Positions 1 through 9,442 of a stretch of 64,000 nucleotides of DNA are shown here, one piece after another (the stretch's first letter is position 1; each line of letters begins with the position of its first letter). The DNA is taken from NCBI GenBank assembly GCA_044229975.1, contig JBGARZ010000008.1:64001-128000 (forward strand). The letters run 5' to 3'. This DNA is from Polyangiales bacterium (GTDB lineage: Bacteria; Myxococcota_A; Polyangia; Polyangiales; Ga0077539). The notes beneath the pieces were generated by a model. That model worked only from the letters and a program-made list of their open reading frames with translations. It was not told the origin of the DNA and ran no database searches. A program made the position numbers and the translations under genes.

Positions 1-101
1 GCCTCAAGCGCGACCCTGGCCCGAAGTGGGCGCGCGGCTCCTTCCTCCTCTCGCTCATCTATCTCACCGGGCTCTTTGGCGCGCTCAGCCTCCGCGGCTG
101 A
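1..101 (+). CDS. ctaB: Heme o synthase (protoheme IX farnesyltransferase), 3' end only
   Basis: Frame from nt 3 reads LKRDPGPKWARGSFLLSLIYLTGLFGALSLRG*, resembling the CtaB/CyoE C-terminal helix; lies directly upstream of SCO-coxB-coxA. Confidence 0.6.
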   Translation, partial: LKRDPGPKWARGSFLLSLIYLTGLFGALSLRG

Positions 102-112
102 GACCTCAGCGC

Positions 113-763
113 ATGAGCGACGCGCCGCCCAACCGCCTCGTCGCCGCCCTTCGCCGCCGCCCCCTCGCGGCCACGCTCTGGTTCGTCCTTCTCATCGCCG
201 CGCCGGTGGTGTTCTTCCTGCGACACCGGGCGCCGCCGCCGCCGTTGCCGGTGTTCGCGCAGCTCCCGACGTGGCAGCTCGCCGACCAGACCGGTCATCC
301 CTACGGCAGCGCGCAGCTCCGCGGTCACGCCTGGGTGGCCAACTTCATGTTCACGTCGTGCCCCACCATCTGCCCGGTGCTCTCTCGGCACATGGCGCTG
401 GTGCAACAGCGAACGAGCGATCTCGGCGACCGCCTGCACCTCGTGTCCATCTCGGTGGACCCCGTCGTCGACACCCCCGCGCGGCTCAACGAATACGGGC
501 AACGGTATCGCTTCGACCCGCGGCGCTGGCACTTCGTGACGGGCGAGGCCGCCGAACTCCAGCGCATCGCCGCCGACGGGTTTCGCGTGGCGCTCGGGCA
601 GACTCCCACGACGGCCGAAGGGCGGCCCGACAACTTCAACATCCTGCACAGCGCGCACATCGCCCTCGTCGACGGCGACGGGCGCATCCGTGGGCTGTAC
701 CGCGCCGACAACGACGGCCTCGCCGAGCTCGACCGGGAAGCACACGCGCTCGTCGGGCGATGA
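113..763 (+). CDS. SCO1/SenC family copper chaperone
   Basis: N-terminal TM, FMFTSCPTICP (CxxxC), ISVDP..DTP, conserved His in ILHS; start set at ATG 113. Confidence 0.93.
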   Translation: MSDAPPNRLVAALRRRPLAATLWFVLLIAAPVVFFLRHRAPPPPLPVFAQLPTWQLADQTGHPYGSAQLRGHAWVANFMFTSCPTICPVLSRHMALVQQRTSDLGDRLHLVSISVDPVVDTPARLNEYGQRYRFDPRRWHFVTGEAAELQRIAADGFRVALGQTPTTAEGRPDNFNILHSAHIALVDGDGRIRGLYRADNDGLAELDREAHALVGR

Positions 764-807
764 AGATCCGAGGTCGCTGCGCCACGAGCACCACAGGCGA
801 CTGACCC

Positions 808-1506
808 GTGCCTCCCGACCTCTCCGCCGACGGCCACCGCATCGACTCGCTCCTGCGCGTCACCCTCGCGCTCACCGGCGCCATCGGCGTCGCCTTCGTG
901 CTCGCCCTCGCCGTCGTCGTCTGGCGCGCTCGTCGCCGCACCACGGACACCCCCGTCGGGTCGACTGCTCCCATCGCCCTCGGCCTCGCGCTGCTCGTCT
1001 TCGCCTGCGTCGACCTCACCCTCGCCTCGCGGTCGCGTCGTGACACCGCGGGCCCTCCGCCCGCCGATGCGTTGCGTGTCGAGGTGCTCGCCCAGCAGTG
1101 GGCGTGGCGCTTCCGCTACGCCGGTCCCGACGGCGTCTTCCACACCGATGACGACGTCACCACGCTCAACGACCTGCGGCTCCCGGTCGGGCGCGCCGTG
1201 TCCCTCCAGGTGCGCAGCCTCGACGTCGCCCATGGGCTCTTCCTGCCGACGCTCCGCGCCCGCGTCGACGCGTGGCCCGGCCGCACCGCCCGCGGGTGGT
1301 TTCGCCCCACCCGCGAAGGCGACACCGAGCTCGCCTGCGCCGCCCTCTGCGGAACCAACCACTACCAGATGCGCGCCCGCGTCTCCGTGCTCCCGGTAGA
1401 AGCGTATACCCGCTGGATGGACGGCCTCCTCGACGACCAGCGACGCCTCGACGCCGCCTCCGGCATCCCCCGCGTCGACCGCTGGGGATGGCCCTGGCAG
1501 CCGTAG
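808..1506 (+). CDS. coxB: Cytochrome c oxidase subunit II (CuA)
   Basis: Two TMs, QQWAWRFRY, DVAH, CAALCGTNHYQM CuA motif (usual Glu replaced by Ala). Confidence 0.9.
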   Translation: MPPDLSADGHRIDSLLRVTLALTGAIGVAFVLALAVVVWRARRRTTDTPVGSTAPIALGLALLVFACVDLTLASRSRRDTAGPPPADALRVEVLAQQWAWRFRYAGPDGVFHTDDDVTTLNDLRLPVGRAVSLQVRSLDVAHGLFLPTLRARVDAWPGRTARGWFRPTREGDTELACAALCGTNHYQMRARVSVLPVEAYTRWMDGLLDDQRRLDAASGIPRVDRWGWPWQP

Positions 1507-1513
1507 GTCTTCG

Positions 1514-2983
1514 ATGCACCCCGACGACCGACGAACGGCCCGGTGGACGCTCAGCCTCGCGGCGGTGGGGCTCGCGTTCGGTGGGGTTCTCTCACTCCTC
1601 ATCCGATGGCAGCTCGCGTTTCCGGGGACGGCGGTTCCGTTGTTGGGTGGGGCGCTCTTCGGTGACCACCACGGAGTAGTCACCCCGCATGGCTACCCCG
1701 CGCTCTTCACCCTCCACGGCACGGTGATGATCTTCTTCGCCGTCACCCCCGCCCTCTCCGCCCTCTCCCTCGCCCGCCTGCCTCCCCTCGTTGGCCTCGA
1801 TCGCCCGGTGTTTCCGCGGCTCCAGCGTGTCGCCCTCGCCCTCTTCGCCGTCGGCCTCGTGCTCCTCGTGGCGGGTCTGCACGGCCGCTCGGGCGGCCCC
1901 GGCTTCGGCTGGTCGGCCATCGCGCCATTGAGCACAAGTCGCAGCCCTGGCATGGGCGCAACGCTCTGGCTCATCGCGGTGGCGTGCTCGGCATTGGCCA
2001 CATTGCTGGGCTCATTCGACATCATCGCGACGGTGGTGTCGGCGAGGAAGGTGCGGTGGGCAGAGGTCCCGGTGTCGGCGTGGGGGCACCTCTTCGCGGC
2101 GACCCTCAACGCGCTCTTCCTCCCGGTGCTGCTCGGCGCGCTCGCGCTGCTCTTCTCCGACCGCCACCTCGGAACCGCCCTCTTCACCGCCCCTGCGCGC
2201 CACGGCGGCGACCCCCTCGTCTACCAGCACCTCTTCTGGATCTTCGGACACCCCGAGGTCTACATCCTCATCCTGCCCGTGTGGGGCGCGCTCACCGACG
2301 CGCTCGCTCGCGCCGCCGATCGCCCGCCCGCGCTGCGCCGCGCGGTGATCGTCGCCATGGGCGCGGTCACGCTGCTGAGCGGTCTCGTCTACGGGCACCA
2401 CCTGCTCACGGCGGGGCTGTCGCCGCTGCTGGCGCGCGGGTTCATGACGCTGACGCTGCTCATCTCACTACCATCGACGGCCTTCCTCGCGTCGTGGCTG
2501 GCGACGCTCCACGGCGCGGCGTTGAAGGCCGACGCGGCGGCCTCATACAGCCTCGCGGCGGTGGTGGTCTTCGTGCTCGGCGGGCTCACCGGAATCCCGC
2601 TGGCGCTCTTGAGCACCGACCGCTACCTGCACGACTCGGCCTTCGTGGTGGGGCATTTCCATCTCGTGATGGGCGCCACGTTGTTGCTTGGGTTGTTTGC
2701 GATGCTGCAAGAGGGAGCGGCGCGTCTCGGGATGCGCGCGGTGTCCGTGCGGGTCGCGCGCTGGCACGCGGCGGCGACGGCGCTGGGGGCGCTGGGGGTG
2801 TTTGTTCCGATGCTGCGGTTGGGGATCGGTGGGATGCCGAGGCGGCTGTATGACCCGACGGTGTATCGCTACCTGAGCCCGCTGGGGGACTGGCAGCGCG
2901 CCGCGACGGTCGCCGCGGGAGCGCTCGCGCTGGCGCAGGTGGCGTGGCTGGTGGCGTGGTGGCGTGGTGGCGAGAAGAAGTAG
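1514..2983 (+). CDS. coxA: Heme-copper oxidase subunit I, A-type-like, divergent
   Basis: LHGTVMIFF, WIFGHPEVYILILP, GHH, HDS..VVGHFH, MPRR; about 12 hydrophobic segments. Confidence 0.93.
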   Translation: MHPDDRRTARWTLSLAAVGLAFGGVLSLLIRWQLAFPGTAVPLLGGALFGDHHGVVTPHGYPALFTLHGTVMIFFAVTPALSALSLARLPPLVGLDRPVFPRLQRVALALFAVGLVLLVAGLHGRSGGPGFGWSAIAPLSTSRSPGMGATLWLIAVACSALATLLGSFDIIATVVSARKVRWAEVPVSAWGHLFAATLNALFLPVLLGALALLFSDRHLGTALFTAPARHGGDPLVYQHLFWIFGHPEVYILILPVWGALTDALARAADRPPALRRAVIVAMGAVTLLSGLVYGHHLLTAGLSPLLARGFMTLTLLISLPSTAFLASWLATLHGAALKADAAASYSLAAVVVFVLGGLTGIPLALLSTDRYLHDSAFVVGHFHLVMGATLLLGLFAMLQEGAARLGMRAVSVRVARWHAAATALGALGVFVPMLRLGIGGMPRRLYDPTVYRYLSPLGDWQRAATVAAGALALAQVAWLVAWWRGGEKK

Positions 2984-3015
2984 GTGGGCCGTCGTCGCTC
3001 ACGCGTGCCGCGCGT

Positions 3016-3381
3016 TCACAGCGGCGTGAGGTCGATGGTCACGGCCTGTCCCCGCACGTGGCACTCGTCGCCCGTCACCACGATGGTTCGCGGCGCCGAG
3101 GGCTGATACCCCTGCGCCGTCACGGTGAGGATGTACGTTCCCTCCCGCTCGCCCGCCCCCGCGTACGAGCCCGGAACGCCGAAGGTCATCATCGTCTCGC
3201 GGTACGCGCCGTCGACCAGCACCAGCGTCGCGTTGCTGACCGGGGCGCCGGTTCGCGTATCGCGGACGGTGGCGCTCACCCCAAAGGCGTAGTTCGTGGT
3301 GCAGGGCGTCCCGCCAAGACAGGCGGGAAGGGTGAGTGCGCCGACAGTGAGCAGCGCGGCGCAGAGAAGCAGGTGTCGCAT
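3016..3381 (-). CDS. Small lipoprotein with carboxypeptidase-regulatory-like beta domain
   Basis: MRHLLLCAALLTVGALTLPAC lipobox; ATVRD..TGAPVSNAT, GTYILTVTAQGY. Confidence 0.65.
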   Translation of the reverse strand: MRHLLLCAALLTVGALTLPACLGGTPCTTNYAFGVSATVRDTRTGAPVSNATLVLVDGAYRETMMTFGVPGSYAGAGEREGTYILTVTAQGYQPSAPRTIVVTGDECHVRGQAVTIDLTPL

Positions 3382-3425
3382 CGGTGTCTCCTGTCGAGAC
3401 TCTCTGCAGACGGCGTACCGCGTGC

Positions 3426-4751
<1,326 letters not shown>

Positions 4752-4756
4752 GGCGC

Positions 4757-6019
4757 TCAACCCTCCTCCGCGGCGAGGGTGAGGCGCGCACGCGTCCCCT
4801 TCCCCGGTGCGCTCTCGAAGACCAGTGCGCCGCCGTGCTCCTCGGCCACCCGGCGCGCCAGCCTCACGCCGAGGCCCGTTCCGCCTTCGCGCGTCGTGAA
4901 GAACGCCTCGCCCACCCTCGTCGCCACCGCCTCGCTCATGCCGCGACCCGTGTCCTCTACCGTCACTGCCACTGCTCCATCGATGCGCTCCCACGACACG
5001 CGCACCGTGCCTCCGCGCGCGGTCGCTTCGAGGGCGTTGAGCACCAGGTTGAGCACGGCCTCCTTCACGCGACGCGCGTCGACCCGCGCCACCAGCGATG
5101 CACCCGCGAGGTCGAGGCTCACGCCCGCCCGCTCGGCGCGGTGACCCAACAGCCCCTCGAACGATCGCAGCGTATCGGCCACGTCCACCAACTCGCGCGT
5201 GAGCTCGCCCAGCGGTCGCGAGAACGAGAGGTAGTCCTGGAGGATGCGCTCGATGCGCGCGACCTCGCCGCTCATCACCTCCAGCTTCTTGCGGTCGTCG
5301 GGGCGCTCGGCGCTCTCGGCCAGCAGGTCGGAGAGACCCTTGATGGCCGTGAGCGGGTTCTTGATCTCGTGGGCCACCTGCGCGCCCATGGCCTCCATCG
5401 CGTGGTGCCTCGCTTCGGCGCCCGCGAGGAGCTCTTCGCCGGCGCCCGCGAGCGCGTCGCCCGCGTGGGCGTAGGCGTCCGAGAGGCTCGTCACGCCGAC
5501 CCAGAGGAGCGCGAGCGCGGTGAGCGTCGCCACCGCGGACATCGCCCGCGCCGTCGACGAGGCCAGCGGCGGAAAGGGGAAACCCGATGGGACCAACGTC
5601 AACACGACGAGCACGACGACGAGCGCGATGAGCAACGCGCGGCCCGATGGGGCGCGACCGAAGGCGGCGAAGCCCACCACCGTCGGCGCGAAGAGCAGCG
5701 GGAGCAGCGGGCTGGTGAGGCCGCCGGTGCCGAGGGTCCCCATGGTGATGCCGAGGAGGGTGACGAAGAGCGAGAGCAGAAACGCGCGCTCGGTGACCAG
5801 CGAACGACGACCGCGCCACGCCTCCCAGGCGAAGAAGCAGAGCAGCACCGAGAAGCCGGCGAGCACGACGCCGACCTGACGCTGTGGTGCATCGCTCGCC
5901 GAGAGCAGCGCGGACTGGAGGAGGATCGCGGGCGCGACGATCCACGGGCGGCGACGGAGGAAGGCCGTCGCGACGGCGCGGAGCTGCGCGGGCCGGAGCG
6001 GGGTGGACGGCGCAGACAT
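4757..6019 (-). CDS. Multi-pass membrane sensor histidine kinase
   Basis: 5-6 TMs, AHEIKNPL H-box, NLVLNA, DTGRG, FFTT, GTGLG boxes; 5 nt upstream of the regulator. Confidence 0.95.
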   Translation of the reverse strand: MSAPSTPLRPAQLRAVATAFLRRRPWIVAPAILLQSALLSASDAPQRQVGVVLAGFSVLLCFFAWEAWRGRRSLVTERAFLLSLFVTLLGITMGTLGTGGLTSPLLPLLFAPTVVGFAAFGRAPSGRALLIALVVVLVVLTLVPSGFPFPPLASSTARAMSAVATLTALALLWVGVTSLSDAYAHAGDALAGAGEELLAGAEARHHAMEAMGAQVAHEIKNPLTAIKGLSDLLAESAERPDDRKKLEVMSGEVARIERILQDYLSFSRPLGELTRELVDVADTLRSFEGLLGHRAERAGVSLDLAGASLVARVDARRVKEAVLNLVLNALEATARGGTVRVSWERIDGAVAVTVEDTGRGMSEAVATRVGEAFFTTREGGTGLGVRLARRVAEEHGGALVFESAPGKGTRARLTLAAEEG

Positions 6020-6130
6020 CGGGCGACTCTATCGCAAGCGACGAGCCGCTCTCGCCAACGCCCCCCAGTGCGTCCTTACCCGGAGGGACGCGTTGGGGTG
6101 GCCCTGGATGTCCAGAAGACCGTCAGCGCC

Positions 6131-6148
6131 TGTAAGGCACTCCGTACA
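6131..6148. promoter_or_regulatory. Possible enhancer-binding-protein site, TGT-N12-ACA
   Basis: TGTAAGGCACTCCGTACA, with a related TGTCCAGAAGACCGTCA at 6109-6125, between the divergent kinase and its putative target. Confidence 0.3.
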
Positions 6149-6190
6149 GCGCCGCTCGAATCCTGCTGCCAACCAGGCCGTTCGTGCACA

Positions 6191-6206
6191 TGGCACGCGC
6201 CGTGGA
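6191..6206 (+). promoter_or_regulatory. Putative sigma-54 promoter with non-canonical -12
   Basis: TGGCACG-CGCC-GTGGA: perfect -24 box, GG-N10-GG instead of GG-N10-GC; adjacent to a sigma-54 activator gene. Confidence 0.5.
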
Positions 6207-6218
6207 GACACCGCCGCC

Positions 6219-6866
6219 ATGTCCACCACCATCATCGCCTCGCCATCGCCTGCTCCCCCCTCGCGCCACGTCTGGTCGGCGCTCGCGCTCTGGGCCGCTG
6301 CCGCCGTCTCCTTCGCCGCATCGGGCCTGCTCAGCGTTCTGCCGCGACCGGCCATCCCGCTGCTGATCTGGAGCCCGGTGGTGACCTTCGTGGTGGCCTA
6401 CTGGCAGAGCCCCACGCTCCGTGCCTTCGTGGCCAACGTCGACCTCCGCATCCCGGTGCTCTACCACCTCGTGCGCGTGCTCTTCGGCGCGCTCTTCTTG
6501 ATGGAGATGAACGCCGGCAACCTCCCCGCCGCCTTCGCGAAGATCGCAGGCCCCGGGGACATCGCCGCCGGGCTCCTCGCCCTGCCCGCCGCGCACCTCG
6601 CCACGCGCTCCGACAAGACCTCCCGCACGCTCCTCCTCGCCTGGAACGTCCTCGGCCTGCTCGACATCCTCGCCGTCTTCTTCACCGCTCAGCGGCTGCT
6701 CCTCGTCGTGCGCGACGAGCGCTTCTTCCAGACCTTCCAGCGCATGCCGTACGCCGCGCTCCCGCTGCTCGTGGTGCCGCTCATCCTCGTCACGCACCTC
6801 GTCGTCTTCCTCCGCCTGCGCGCCAACGCTGGTAACCTCCCGCGCCATGAAGAGCGCGAAGTGTGA
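6219..6866 (+). CDS. Uncharacterised multi-pass membrane protein
   Basis: About 6 TMs, H..R..G..F, AG.GD, WN..G.LD patterns; start ATG 6219. Confidence 0.75.
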   Translation: MSTTIIASPSPAPPSRHVWSALALWAAAAVSFAASGLLSVLPRPAIPLLIWSPVVTFVVAYWQSPTLRAFVANVDLRIPVLYHLVRVLFGALFLMEMNAGNLPAAFAKIAGPGDIAAGLLALPAAHLATRSDKTSRTLLLAWNVLGLLDILAVFFTAQRLLLVVRDERFFQTFQRMPYAALPLLVVPLILVTHLVVFLRLRANAGNLPRHEEREV

Positions 6867-7110
6867 GAACTGCGGCGCGGGCGTCTCCCCCGGCGCAGTG
6901 AGCTGCCCCTACTGCGGAACGACCTTCGTGGCGGCGGCGCCCGGCGCGCCGAGCGCCCCGTCGGGCGCCAACCCCGAGGTGGTGCGGCTCATCCGCACGG
7001 GCGACAAGATCGGCGCCATCAAGGTCTATCGCGAAGCGACGAAGTGCGGCCTGCGCGAGGCGAAGGACGCCGTCGAGGCCATCGAGCGCACGCTCAGCGG
7101 CGGACGCTGA
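6847..7110 (+). CDS. Zinc-ribbon protein fused to a ribosomal L7/L12 C-terminal-like domain
   Basis: CENCG..CPYCG followed by KIGAIKVYREATKCGLREAKDAVE. Confidence 0.8.
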   Translation: MKSAKCENCGAGVSPGAVSCPYCGTTFVAAAPGAPSAPSGANPEVVRLIRTGDKIGAIKVYREATKCGLREAKDAVEAIERTLSGGR

Positions 7111-7116
7111 CCGACC

Positions 7117-7992
7117 TCACCAGCGCAGCGTGCGTAGCGTCGTCGCAGCGAGCAGCCCGACGCCCCCGAGCACCACGCCCGACGCCGCCATACGGAGCCA
7201 CAGCGCGTTGGTCACCTGGCCTACCTCCAGCGGCGTCGCGGTGATCGCCTGCTCGACCTCGCCCTCCCGGTAGCGGCCCGCGTCCTTCGTCGCGTGCCTC
7301 ACCACGACCACCCCGTCGTTCGACATGCCCGCCAGCCGCAGCCACGACCGCGCGGGGACGGCGCCCGTCCAACGCTCGATAGGCTCGACGCGCGCTCCCT
7401 CTGTGGCGAGCAGCCGGCGCCAGCGCCACAGCCACCGTGCGCTCGACAGCAACGCTGCCAGCGCACCAACCGCAGCGACGGCTGTCAGCGCCAGCATCGT
7501 CGGCCCCAGCACCACGCTCGCGGCCTGCCCGTAGAACCGCCCCGAGGTGCGCGCGTTGTCGACGCGCAGGAGGGTCTCGCACAGCGCCGCGAAGGCCGAC
7601 GCCGCCGCGCCGAGCGTCACCCGATCGCGCGCGTCGTCGGAGTCGTGGGGGACACCTCGGTGCAACGCGAAGGTGAGCGGCGCCAGCAGCGCGGCGTGGA
7701 GCACCGGCTCGATCACGCGGTCGATGCTCACGAAGGTGCGGCCACCCTCATGCGAGAGCCACGCCATGGAGTCCGGTGCCGCGAGATGGCGGACGGCGAC
7801 GAAGCCCACGATGGTCACGACGAAGGCCGCCTCGGCGCGCTCGGCATACGAGGCCGCCGCGACGAGCAACGCCGAGAGCAGCGCCAGCAGCGCCACCCGA
7901 TGGTCGCCGTCGACCTGCCCGGCGAGCACCGGCGCGAACACCACCACCACGGCGACCACCCGCGCGACCCAGCGCAGCGTCGACCCTCTCAC
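7117..7992 (-). CDS. Uncharacterised multi-pass membrane protein
   Basis: Hydrophobic helices; GTG 7992 overlaps the upstream stop (GTGA). Confidence 0.65.
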   Translation of the reverse strand: MRGSTLRWVARVVAVVVVFAPVLAGQVDGDHRVALLALLSALLVAAASYAERAEAAFVVTIVGFVAVRHLAAPDSMAWLSHEGGRTFVSIDRVIEPVLHAALLAPLTFALHRGVPHDSDDARDRVTLGAAASAFAALCETLLRVDNARTSGRFYGQAASVVLGPTMLALTAVAAVGALAALLSSARWLWRWRRLLATEGARVEPIERWTGAVPARSWLRLAGMSNDGVVVVRHATKDAGRYREGEVEQAITATPLEVGQVTNALWLRMAASGVVLGGVGLLAATTLRTLRW

Positions 7993-8594
7993 GGCGCGAA
8001 CCACCCCGCAGGAACGGTCCCCTGCAAGCAGCTGATGGTGCGCGGCGCCCACGGCGTCGACCACCTCGCGCGGCGCGGGGCGTCGGCCGTCCCTTCGATG
8101 ATCCCCTCGTCGGCGGACCAGTCGGCGCGCACCCCCGGCGCGACGCCGTGCAGCCCGCTCTGGTGGTACGCGACGATGTACGTGTGACCCGCGACGCGCG
8201 CGCCGAGGAAGTCCGAGAGGCGCTCGGCGAAGTCGATGCCGACGCGAGCGCCGACGGTGTGGCAGGTGCGAAACCACACGAGCGCGTCGGGGGCGAGACG
8301 CTCTCGCAGCGCCTCCATCTTCGCGCGCTGACGGTGCCCCGCGGTGAGCGCCGACGCATCCAACGGAACGCCATCGATGAGGGCGCTGCCCCAGGTTCCG
8401 TGTCCCCAGTATTGGATCTCGCGGATGGGCTCTGGCTGTGATGCAAGCCAGGTGAGGGCTTCGTCCCAGCTCTCGGCGCCGAGGGTGGCGTCGATGCGAT
8501 CGAGCGCGCGGTAGAGGCCGCCGCCGACGCGCCACACCGGGGAGAGGCCGCGACCCTTGGTCACGCAGGTTCGGTCGTAGACGAGCACGCGCAT
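7989..8594 (-). CDS. DUF4347-like protein, possible caspase-hemoglobinase-fold His/Cys dyad
   Basis: EIQYWGHG and LVWFRTC motifs, each following a beta-strand; start ATG 8594. Confidence 0.55.
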   Translation of the reverse strand: MRVLVYDRTCVTKGRGLSPVWRVGGGLYRALDRIDATLGAESWDEALTWLASQPEPIREIQYWGHGTWGSALIDGVPLDASALTAGHRQRAKMEALRERLAPDALVWFRTCHTVGARVGIDFAERLSDFLGARVAGHTYIVAYHQSGLHGVAPGVRADWSADEGIIEGTADAPRRARWSTPWAPRTISCLQGTVPAGWFAP

Positions 8595-8638
8595 GGCACC
8601 GCGATGGTGGGTGGAGCGACGACGCAGGGCAAGCGCCT

Positions 8639-9349
8639 CTACGGCTGGACGGGCAGGCGCGGCAGCGAGCGGTCGATGCTGATGTCGAGCGGAAAGCCGA
8701 CGCCCACGCGGAGATACGGGCCGTGCTGCCCGTAGGCGTACTCCCACCCGGCGTCGACGTTGAACGACAACCCCACCGGGATGACTGCCCGCGCGAAGAC
8801 GCCCGCCGCGGCGCCCCCGCCGAGCTGCAACGGAGAGAGCTCGGACTGCGGACGCCCGCGCGAGTCGAGCCCGTCGGGCACCCAGCGCCCTTCGCCGCCG
8901 ATGATCCCCTCCACCAGCGCCCCCACCGAGAACGCCTCGCGAAACGCCCGCCCGTCGTACTCCCTCACGTGGAAGTGGTTCCCGCAGGGGTCGCGCCGCA
9001 GGTGAGGGTCGTTGGGGTCGAAGGGCCGATCGCTGTTGACCCAGTGGTTGTTGACCTCGAAGACCCGCCACAGGTGCAGCCGTAGCTGCAACGCTCCCTC
9101 GAACCGCCCCTCGTCGTCGCGCCCTCGCATGAGCCGTGGCGACACCGCCGCGGTCACCGACTGTCGCCGCGCACCACCCGGTCCCATCTCCACCGAGGGC
9201 AGTCCCATCTCGACCCAGTGTCCGCCGCCGCGCACCGCCCAGTTCATGCGCGCAGGCTCGATGCGGGTCTGCGCCATGCAGCCCGCGACGCTGGCCAGCG
9301 CGATCGTGAGGAGCAGTGGTGGGGTTGGGGTGGGTCGCCGCCGACGCAT
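8639..9349 (-). CDS. Putative lipoprotein with amphipathic beta-strands (outer-membrane-like)
   Basis: MRRRR...LASVAGC lipobox; C-terminal strands FNVDAGWEY, YLRVGVGF. Confidence 0.55.
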   Translation of the reverse strand: MRRRRPTPTPPLLLTIALASVAGCMAQTRIEPARMNWAVRGGGHWVEMGLPSVEMGPGGARRQSVTAAVSPRLMRGRDDEGRFEGALQLRLHLWRVFEVNNHWVNSDRPFDPNDPHLRRDPCGNHFHVREYDGRAFREAFSVGALVEGIIGGEGRWVPDGLDSRGRPQSELSPLQLGGGAAAGVFARAVIPVGLSFNVDAGWEYAYGQHGPYLRVGVGFPLDISIDRSLPRLPVQP

Positions 9350-9442
9350 CACCCTTCGTCTACGCGCGAGCTCGCCCGAACCTTCCCGCGCGACGAAGGC
9401 AATGCTTGAACGCCCGGCGCAGCCACCGTAGACGATGAAGGG

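Noticed and set aside
6847..7110. Bona fide rplL
   Set aside because: It lacks the L7/L12 N-terminal dimerisation domain and the rplJ/rpoB context.
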